From positions 8,494,001-8,558,000 of the forward strand of contig CP075496.1 in NCBI GenBank assembly GCA_021613535.1: 64,000 nt of DNA, written 5' to 3'. Source of the DNA: Adineta vaga (Eukaryota; Animalia; Rotifera). This document shows, piece by piece, positions 55,514-64,000 of the stretch. A program made the position numbers and the translations under genes. Position 1 is the first letter of the stretch. Every line of letters starts with the position of its first letter. The notes under the pieces are model-generated. The model had not been told where the DNA came from. It saw nothing but the letters and a program-made list of their open reading frames with translations, and searched no databases.

Positions 55514-56452
55514 ATGAATACTCAGTTAGAAGATTTATCAAATGAATTACTTCTGGACATATTAGATTATATTAAAACTGAAGATTTAGTATCAAGTTTT
55601 TGGAATTTAAATCAACATTTCAATAACTTAATTCGTTCACTTAAATATTTATCTTTAATAGTAAAGAAAACAGATACATTGCCAAGTAGTTTATTTTCTC
55701 AACAAATTGTTCGAGTTGTTATTGTGACATTAATCGATATACAATTGGATTCATTTGTTAATTTACGATCATTAATATTGAACATTGCTACCGAAAATCA
55801 TATAAAACAAATTCAACCACATATTCTTCCAAAGCTTGCTTATCTTTCAATTCCAATTGTATTCGAATCTCGTGTAACAAAACAATTAGCATCTGAAATA
55901 TTCTCAAATCGATTTATATTTCTTCGTTATACAGATTTAAATCTCATCAATATACCAAATATCTTCTCCTGGTCACAGTCACCATCTCTTCATTCACTTC
56001 ATCTTTCTTCATCAAATATCAATATAATACCACTTCTACTTCAATCATGTCCTCAATTAATTCATCTACAAATTCGTATAATTGATGAACATGATTTCGA
56101 TCCAACTTCTCTATTAAATTTATCCGAACATCCATTGAGAAATTTTCTTTTTATACAATCTCAACCTTCGACATTTGTTTTCAATATCTTCCCTCTCTTT
56201 TCAATCATACCGAATGTAAAACGAATCGATTTTCGTTTATGTACACGATCATTTATCGATTTAATTCAATTAATTAGCAAATCATTTTCTCAATTGACTT
56301 GTTTCGATTGTCACATTATCGAATATCCAAATAAAGATGAACATATTGATATTCATCAAATTCGAAATATTCATTCATGTTATTCAAATATACAATGTAC
56401 ACTTCGAGAAGATTGTTTTTGTCTTTATACTACAAAACGAACCTTAATGTAA
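55514..56452 (+). CDS. F-box/LRR-like protein, array unit 2
   Basis: LEDLSNELLLDILDYI, IFSNRF, WSQSPSL. Confidence 0.85.
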   Translation: MNTQLEDLSNELLLDILDYIKTEDLVSSFWNLNQHFNNLIRSLKYLSLIVKKTDTLPSSLFSQQIVRVVIVTLIDIQLDSFVNLRSLILNIATENHIKQIQPHILPKLAYLSIPIVFESRVTKQLASEIFSNRFIFLRYTDLNLINIPNIFSWSQSPSLHSLHLSSSNINIIPLLLQSCPQLIHLQIRIIDEHDFDPTSLLNLSEHPLRNFLFIQSQPSTFVFNIFPLFSIIPNVKRIDFRLCTRSFIDLIQLISKSFSQLTCFDCHIIEYPNKDEHIDIHQIRNIHSCYSNIQCTLREDCFCLYTTKRTLM

Positions 56453-56533
56453 TAGTTGAATGTTTTATACATCTGTATGGTCTTAAAATAATACATAGTA
56501 ACAAGATTGTTTTTCTTTACCCTCTTTTTTTAG

Positions 56534-57493
56534 ATGATGAATAGATTAGAACATTTACCAAATGAATTATTAATTGAAATATTTAAATATCTCGATGCAA
56601 GAAGATTATATCGAAGTTTTTCAAATCTTAATACACGATTCAATACTCTTCTTCAATCATTGACTGACTTATGTTTAATTATATGGTCATTAAAAGATGA
56701 TGCCTATGATTATTTATTTGCTTCACGTGTTCGAACATTAGTCGTACATTTTGATGTTATTTACACATTATCACAATATATGAATGTTCGTCATTTGGTA
56801 CTTTTTCATTCCAAACATGAACAAATATCTCAAATAATGAATGAAGGTTTTCATTTAGAAACAATTTCATTAATATCACCACGATGTTTCTATACAACAT
56901 TTGGTTTTCATGAAATGATCTTTTCCAATCAATTTCCTTCTTTAAAATCATGTTATTTAACCAATGTCTATTCACCATCACTTGAAGTACGACAATTATC
57001 ATGGAGTCAATCACCATTTTTACGTTCTCTACGTATATCATCTCATGATTCACTTGTTCATGTTGCTATTTTAAATGCTTGTCCAAATTTATCTTCACTC
57101 AGTCTTTCATTATTTCAATTAGATCATACACCTTTACATATTAAACCTCATCAAAATTTGAAAAAATTACAATTTATTATGAATAATCTTCTTTGGCCAT
57201 CGGATGAAACGATTTTCGATACATTTTTCTATACCATGCCATGTTTAGAACGTTTAACTATTCAACGTTCCATTGCTCTTCCAGAAATTATCGATAAATA
57301 TTTACACTTCGATTGGCTTTCAAAAATCATCTTTCGTCATCTGTCATATCTCAAGAAATTTGGTTTCTATTTAAAATTAATCAATACGAATAAAATAGAT
57401 CGAATCGAATTGACACAAATTCTCTGTCAGATAGAAAACAATTTTGTACATAGTTTTCAAAATAACAAACATTATCGTCTTCTTATCAATTAA
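56534..57493 (+). CDS. F-box/LRR-like protein, array unit 3
   Basis: LEHLPNELLIEIFKYL, IFSNQFP, WSQSP, FDWL. Confidence 0.85.
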   Translation: MMNRLEHLPNELLIEIFKYLDARRLYRSFSNLNTRFNTLLQSLTDLCLIIWSLKDDAYDYLFASRVRTLVVHFDVIYTLSQYMNVRHLVLFHSKHEQISQIMNEGFHLETISLISPRCFYTTFGFHEMIFSNQFPSLKSCYLTNVYSPSLEVRQLSWSQSPFLRSLRISSHDSLVHVAILNACPNLSSLSLSLFQLDHTPLHIKPHQNLKKLQFIMNNLLWPSDETIFDTFFYTMPCLERLTIQRSIALPEIIDKYLHFDWLSKIIFRHLSYLKKFGFYLKLINTNKIDRIELTQILCQIENNFVHSFQNNKHYRLLIN

Positions 57494-57984
57494 GTTTAAT
57501 TCTGTGAATATCTATAATTAGTTTTGTCTTTCAAAAAAAACCAACAACAACAATAATGTTCTTGAATTCAACGAATTTATAAATAAACTATATGTTCTTC
57601 TGTTATTTGTAGATTATAAATCTATTTTGAAAAGAAAATAAATGATATCAATCGACGGTAATCATATTTAATGAATTAAATATTTATCAGGAGATTTGAC
57701 TTACCGATCACATTGATATTTATTATGTAATCGTTGAGGGTTGTTATATTACATAAGCAATGTAAGATAAGCTGAATTGTTTTTAAAATATCGTCATTAC
57801 GTTCGATGATCTATGAAAACGTCGTTTATTTCGTTTACTTGTCTGTTCTTATCATTCGAATGGGTTCAGTGATTTTTTTTCTATTATAAAAAATGATGAA
57901 TGTAATAATTTTTCAAATCATTCGAAGCATTTTGAATAGTAATGAACATTCTTGAACAGATTCTCGTTTATTTTTCTTTTCTAG

Positions 57985-58965
57985 ATGACATCGAACATCG
58001 AATGTTTACCTAACGAAATATTAATCGATGTATTCGAATATCTTGATGCTCAAAGTCTTTTTAATGCTTTCTATAAACTTAATTATCGCTTGAATAACTT
58101 GTTATATTCATTGACAAGTATTTCTCTGACAATATCAAAAAAGAATACAAATCGATTAGATCATTTTCAGGAATTCTTTGCGTTTATCAATAAATTAACA
58201 ATTGAGCCTACGATCAACATTAATTTTGATCGTTTTATCAAAATTCGATGTCTGAGTCTTACATATGTACCCAATGAAGCATTAATTCAATTGCAACATA
58301 TCGATATTTTACCTTGTCTCGAACATCTTCTCATTGTCTATCGAGTTAATCAAGTATCTACTCCTGGTTTACATCAAAAGATCTTTTCCAATGGATTTTC
58401 TAAGTTAATATCTTGTCAATTACTTGGTCTAGGAACAATGGAAACAGCTGACAATTGGACACAATCACCTTCATTACGTATTTTACATGTAAGAACTATC
58501 AATCTATTGGTTTATAAAGCAATTCTATCTGCTTGTCCTAATTTATATTTTCTTCGTCTGAATATACCGAAAGATAATCTATCATCTTTAGACGTTGAAC
58601 CACATCTAAATATCAAGCGAATGATATTAAAAATTCCTCTTCACTATTATTTGGAAACCGATGATATGATCAGTGATTTTCTTTCAATTACTCCAAATCT
58701 CGAACAATTTTGTATACAAAGATTCATTTGGGATATTGATAGTATACTGTTTTTCGTTGATTATGATTGGCTTGCAAAGATAATTCATATTCGTCTACGA
58801 TTACTTCGTCGATTTGTATTCAAATTATATTTTTCAACTTTTATAAAACGCAAAAAATCTAGTATTAAATCTATACTCAATCGAATCGATGAACATTTTA
58901 AAGAGATTCATAATAAACAATACGAATCTCGATTAATCGTTCCTCTGACAGAACTATGTTCATAA
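57985..58965 (+). CDS. F-box/LRR-like protein, array unit 4
   Basis: IECLPNEILIDVFEYL, IFSNGF, WTQSP, YDWL. Confidence 0.85.
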   Translation: MTSNIECLPNEILIDVFEYLDAQSLFNAFYKLNYRLNNLLYSLTSISLTISKKNTNRLDHFQEFFAFINKLTIEPTININFDRFIKIRCLSLTYVPNEALIQLQHIDILPCLEHLLIVYRVNQVSTPGLHQKIFSNGFSKLISCQLLGLGTMETADNWTQSPSLRILHVRTINLLVYKAILSACPNLYFLRLNIPKDNLSSLDVEPHLNIKRMILKIPLHYYLETDDMISDFLSITPNLEQFCIQRFIWDIDSILFFVDYDWLAKIIHIRLRLLRRFVFKLYFSTFIKRKKSSIKSILNRIDEHFKEIHNKQYESRLIVPLTELCS

Positions 58966-59264
58966 AGAATATTATTTTTAAGATTAATTTAATATACTAA
59001 TATTACAGTAAATTGCTTGTCTATAAATATCAAGCTTTGATGCTTTCGTTTTGACTTGATTGATATTTTTCTACTTGATTTATCGGAGTTCGGTCGATAT
59101 CGTTCGCTGAAATGAAGAGATTCGTCTCGTTTGTGACCTTTGAAGCTTTTGTAGACTAGTACACATGCATCCACACTCTAAATTGTAGATGAAGTTATAA
59201 TAAGGAAAACAATAGTAGATTTAAATATGATTTTTATTTCATTTTTAGATTATGTTACAACGAA

Positions 59265-60169
59265 ATGAAAAAACAATCATCGAAATTAGAAGATTTACCA
59301 AATGAAATTTTACTTGAATTCTTTCAATATTTTGATGCTTGTAAACTATTTCAATTATTCTATAATCTTAATTATCGTTTCAATAATCTAGTCAAATCTT
59401 TTCAACCACTTAAATTGATATTTCCCATGGAATTATCTACTAATAATCAAATCAATGATCAATATCTTTTTCCTTCTTTTACTCACACACTTATCGTTGC
59501 CCGTGCAATTAATATCAATCTCAATCGATTTCATAATATTCGTTGTCTGAAATTGGAATGTCCATTGAAAAGAGTAATAGCACAACTTAATTCTCATGTA
59601 CTACCTTATTTAGAACATCTCTTCATATCTCATCTAGGTAACAGTTAATTTCTATGATAATCTTTCGATCTAACTTCTTTTATTTTGTTTAATTAGATAC
59701 AATGACAGCAGATAATGAATGGACATCATTATGATCGTTGTGTACCTTGAGAATTTCACGTATTACTTTATTAGTTTATCAAGCAATTTTAAGAGCATGT
59801 CAAAATTTACATTCCTTTGAATTATCAATATTCAGTTCAAAAATGTCAGCTTCTTTACTTGAATATGATTGGTTAGCATACAAAATATCTCTCTATTTGT
59901 TATCATTACAACAATTTAAATTCTATTTCAAAATTATTCAAGGACAAATCTTTAATGAATCAAATATTTTATCTGAAATCAAAGAAAACTTCTCGAATTC
60001 TCATAATAATCGATATGAATCTCGATTTATACTTTTAAACTGTGAATCTTTTCTTTTCACTCTTCAAAACAGATCAACTTTACACTTGTTTAAGTATAAT
60101 TTAAAATCAATAGAATATTTTTCTTTCAGATTATCTTTAGATATGACAGTATTTCTGTCTAAAGTCTAA
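59265..60169 (+). pseudogene. F-box/LRR-like array unit 5, degenerate
   Basis: The F-box is intact, but the IFSNxFP block is missing, an in-frame TGA lies at ~59732 (WTSL*SL versus WTQSPSL), and there is an internal deletion before YDWL. Confidence 0.7.
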
Positions 60170-60338
60170 ATACCATAGTAATCACTTGTTTTTCATACAA
60201 TTTCTATTGATTACATTGTACACAAGAAAAGATTCGATGAATTTCGTCCGATGTAAATGTCAAGAAACGATTTTCACTTATCAGAAAGTAAATCAATCTA
60301 TGCATTCATTTTTCATTGATCAAATCTTTGATATTTAG

Positions 60339-61313
60339 ATCGGAAATAAACATCAATCTCGATTAGAAGATCTTCCAAATGAAATTCTAACAACTATGTT
60401 CAAATATCTCAATGCTCGTGATCTATTTCGTTCATTTCATAATCTCAACAGTCGTTTCAATCAATTAATACAATCATTTCAATATCTTCAATTAAATTTT
60501 CATATGGAAGTGCCAACAACTCTGAAAACTAATGAAGAAACATTTTCACATTATGTTTATACATTGATCGTTGACGAATGGATTGATTTCAATCCGAAAT
60601 ATTTTCCTAATGTTCGTCGTTTGAAATTGAAAAGTCCAATACCAAAAGTTCTCGAACAATTAAAAGGAAACATCATGCCTTATTTGGAATATCTTTCCGT
60701 TCTATATAAATATACAATGTATGAAACCAATCTTTTACATAATGAAATATTTTCCAATCGTTTTCCAAATTTATTTTCATGTGAATTATATGGACTAGAA
60801 GGTTTATTAACCATTCAACAATGGAAATCATCACCGGTGATACGAATTTTAAAAACTGAACAAATTAATTTAATGATTTATGAAAACATTCTTAGAACTT
60901 GTTTAAATTTATCGTTTCTCAAGTTTTCTATGCATTCATCCAATGAAAGTTCCATAGATATTTTCAAACATAAAAATTTGAAACATATGATTGTCGATAT
61001 GAAACAATTCGATTGGTCAGATGATGATAATATTTTAAGTAAATTTCTGTTCTATGTCGAAAATCTTGAACAATTGGAAATTCATCGACGAAAATATTCT
61101 CATGACATTCTCGAACGATTTCAATATTATGATTGGTTACAATCAATCATAAATCGTTGTTCACCATTCTTACGAATCTTTAAATTTTATTTTTATTTAT
61201 CCAACGATGAACATTTGAGAAAACTTATCAATGAAAATCTTCTCAAACAAATACAAAGTGATTTTCATCATGTACATAACGGACAATACGAAGCTCAACT
61301 AATAATTTGTTAA
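60339..61313 (+). CDS. F-box/LRR-like protein, array unit 6 (no ATG before the F-box)
   Basis: The frame is open from acceptor tttAG|ATC GGA: IGNKHQSRLEDLPNEILTTMFKYL. The first ATG (60396) lies inside the F-box. Confidence 0.8.
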   Translation: MGNKHQSRLEDLPNEILTTMFKYLNARDLFRSFHNLNSRFNQLIQSFQYLQLNFHMEVPTTLKTNEETFSHYVYTLIVDEWIDFNPKYFPNVRRLKLKSPIPKVLEQLKGNIMPYLEYLSVLYKYTMYETNLLHNEIFSNRFPNLFSCELYGLEGLLTIQQWKSSPVIRILKTEQINLMIYENILRTCLNLSFLKFSMHSSNESSIDIFKHKNLKHMIVDMKQFDWSDDDNILSKFLFYVENLEQLEIHRRKYSHDILERFQYYDWLQSIINRCSPFLRIFKFYFYLSNDEHLRKLINENLLKQIQSDFHHVHNGQYEAQLIIC

Positions 61314-61456
61314 AATTCGATAAAATTGACGTTTTCTGGAAAGTGTTATTTTGAATAAATATATACAGACCATGATTTCGATCGTTTTTTTTTGTTTTGT
61401 ATATATACATAAGAATTTTAACAGAATTTCTTATATATTTTAGATCAGTTGTACAT

Positions 61457-62416
61457 ATGACTAATCAAGTATTCCTATTAGAATTGTTACCTAATGAACT
61501 ATTGATCGAATTATTCAAGTATTTTCAAACTCAAGATCTTTTTCAAGCTTTTTATAATCTTAATTTTCGATTGAATCATCTGATTCATTCATTAACACAT
61601 TTGATCTATTCGACAAATCAACAAAATGATCGTATTCAATCCTATCCATATATTCGTACATTAATTATCGATACACATATTCATCCTCAACTTATTTGCT
61701 TTCCAAATATTCGTCGTCTTAGTATTGATTATGTTACTGATGGTTTTATTTCACAATTCAATGGACATGTTTTCCCTTTTCTAGAATTTCTATCAGTCGA
61801 TCATAAAATTCATCCATTCTATATGTCTGATTTACGTGCAAGGATTTTTTCGAATACATTTCCTAATTTGAAATATTGTTCCATATCTCGAATGAGATCA
61901 CCATGTATAAATCAAGAATGGACACAATCATTATCTTTACGATATTTAAAATTTAATGAAATCGATTCAATAATTTATACGTCTATTCTTACAGCATGTC
62001 CAAATTTATCCGTTGTGAAATTTAAATTACCAACCAGATCAAAAATTCAAACAAATTTCATTAAACATATTCATTTGAAGCGATTAATTATCAATATGAA
62101 TTACGATGAATATCCATGGGATGATAGTATTTTAGAAAGTTATTTATTATGTGTACCGAATCTTGAACAGTTGAAAATATCTCGATCAGTATCGTCAATA
62201 AATTCGAATATAATGCAACAGTTACAATGTTATGATTGGCTTTTATCAATTATTTCTAGTCATTTATCAAAACTTGATCGACTTAAGTTTGATTTATGTG
62301 TTCGCCGGTCTCAGGAATTAATTGAATTGAATTTTCAAGACATTTGTAGTCAATTGAAAAGACAGTTTTATCATGTTTATAAAAATCGATATGAAAGTCG
62401 ATTGGTTGTTTTTTGA
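61457..62416 (+). CDS. F-box/LRR-like protein, array unit 7
   Basis: LELLPNELLIELFKYF, IFSNTFP, WTQS, YDWL, RYESRL. Confidence 0.85.
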   Translation: MTNQVFLLELLPNELLIELFKYFQTQDLFQAFYNLNFRLNHLIHSLTHLIYSTNQQNDRIQSYPYIRTLIIDTHIHPQLICFPNIRRLSIDYVTDGFISQFNGHVFPFLEFLSVDHKIHPFYMSDLRARIFSNTFPNLKYCSISRMRSPCINQEWTQSLSLRYLKFNEIDSIIYTSILTACPNLSVVKFKLPTRSKIQTNFIKHIHLKRLIINMNYDEYPWDDSILESYLLCVPNLEQLKISRSVSSINSNIMQQLQCYDWLLSIISSHLSKLDRLKFDLCVRRSQELIELNFQDICSQLKRQFYHVYKNRYESRLVVF

Positions 62417-62715
62417 GAATTTTATTTCAATTCGTTTTTCTTGTAAATACGTTCGTTTTTATAACATTGAATAGTTTTAGTAGTTTTGTAAATTTGAATA
62501 AATAAAATAATCACTGCAATAAGATCTTACCGTGAAATCAAGAGAGATACGATCACAACATTCTCTAATGACATCTGTAGATATTTTCATGTTACTGTTG
62601 GATTATACTATGCACCATTCATAAATTGACTTGACAGTAGACAAGCACTCACTGGGCACACACACATATTGCTATTTTTCGCACGCAATATAAAAATAGA
62701 TTTCTTTTTATTCAG

Positions 62716-63312
62716 ATGTTTCCATTACTTCGTCGTTTCATATCGATACCAAAACAATCGATTCGTTCATTTCATTCATTCGATGAAATAACACCTGCAA
62801 AATATATCTCAACTCGTCTTCAAAATGGTATCGGTTCTCGATATGTTTGTCAATTACAACGTTTAACGATTCAAATATGTAAAGAATTTCGTTCATCCTA
62901 TGGTACTCGAGAATGGATTGCTAATGATTTAACTGCATTTGCTCGTCAACATCCATATGTAGTTATATATGTTCAGCCACGTCGTCATCGAGCACCAAAT
63001 TTAATTGGAGAATATTTGAGTGGTGATCGTCAATGGATTCCTCTTTCAAATTGTGATCGACATCATGTTAATTGGTGGATACATACTCTCTTAACACAAC
63101 AAGGTGATCCACAATGGCGATTATTAAAACAAATGCATACTGATTCCCCTTCAACTCAAGGTGTATGGACACCATTCACAAATAAATCCATTGATCGAAC
63201 ATTGAGAACATATCCTGATCAAGATCTTATTGAAATGGAATATCCACAAATGACAGCAACACAGCAAATCAAAGAATTATTTGAACAACAGAAACTAGAT
63301 AAAACTACATAA
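62716..63312 (+). CDS. MRPL43: Mitochondrial ribosomal protein L43 (mL43)
   Basis: LQNGIGSRYVCQLQRLTIQICK...SYGTREWI...FARQHPYVVIYVQPRRHRAPNLIGEYLSG and HTDSPSTQGVWTPF. Confidence 0.9.
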   Translation: MFPLLRRFISIPKQSIRSFHSFDEITPAKYISTRLQNGIGSRYVCQLQRLTIQICKEFRSSYGTREWIANDLTAFARQHPYVVIYVQPRRHRAPNLIGEYLSGDRQWIPLSNCDRHHVNWWIHTLLTQQGDPQWRLLKQMHTDSPSTQGVWTPFTNKSIDRTLRTYPDQDLIEMEYPQMTATQQIKELFEQQKLDKTT

Positions 63313-63421
63313 ATTTTGATACATTTTTTTTGTAGAATCATTCAGTTAACATATGAGCGTGTTTACTAGATTGATTTCTAATGTTATTAAAGAAAATGTT
63401 TTTCGTTTTTTCTTTTTTTAG

Positions 63422-64000
63422 ATTTATGAAATTATCGAAGATAAACATGGTCTTCATGTAATCAACTCATCTCTTGTCTGTAGACATTACATACCATGTT
63501 TTCCACTAAAGATTTCAACAGATCCATAATCAATGCCACTATTCTATCCAACTATTTTTCAACATAGTTTTCGTCGACTTGTTCAACGATGTACTTCAAT
63601 TGATTTTCGTCAATCTTTTACCACTCTATGTTTATTTTTTCTTCTTTCTTTTCTTACTTCAATCATTGTTAATCTTCTAATACCATTTATCGTTATTAAA
63701 CCTTCAACACCGTCAATCTCATCATCATCATCACTTAGTCTACTCTCATCCGGTCATGTTTTCTTTCCACCGGGTGTAACATCGTTACAATGTTCATCAC
63801 CAAAACGACATGAATTACAAGCACATCATCATCATCATCCTCAACACGAATCGTTGAATATAAAACGAAAATATACTAAAGATCAAACGAAACAAAAGAA
63901 CGTGTCCAGTGGTAAGTGTTCGCTCAATGTTCTTCAACTATGTCATTCAACGAAAGAATTCGAATCTTTTTCATGTAGATCTTCGACAAGAAGCAGAAAC
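63422..64000 (+). CDS. Partial unidentified gene (possible TM, Ser/His-rich), frameshifted, runs off the window
   Basis: Acceptor at ~63421, coding-like stretch ...LLIPFIVIKPSTPSISSSSS...HHHHPQH, donor G|GTAAG at ~63912 and acceptor at ~63979. Confidence 0.4.

Noticed and set aside
1-64000. Transposons, tRNA or rRNA genes
   Set aside because: No transposase or RT ORF, terminal repeats or structural RNA signature was recognised by eye.

Overview
Very AT-rich eukaryotic (metazoan) DNA with short (~50-70 nt) GT-AG introns and several intron-bearing genes of non-metazoan type. This pattern suggests a bdelloid rotifer (inference, not proven). In order, the window holds: a RING/TRAF-zinc-finger gene; a plasma-membrane Ca2+-ATPase (PMCA) with at least three alternative 3'-terminal exons splitting its calmodulin-binding domain; a small PSRxFRxLQ-motif gene; a lipidated ankyrin-repeat gene whose first coding intron contains a same-strand bacterial-type GH2 glycosidase; antistasin-like, PA2169/DUF2383, beta-propeller, Zn-ADH and MATE genes; a spliced micro-ORF; two paralogous type II membrane mucins with SEA-like domains and 51-bp repeats; a Ly6/uPAR gene; an ACT amino-acid permease; two tandem AA15-like LPMO-CBM5/12 genes; FBXO9; a PAP2_C/SMS-like gene; a tightly packed array of seven F-box/LRR-like cassettes, each preceded by its own splice acceptor; and MRPL43. 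Several single-base frameshifts look like assembly indels.
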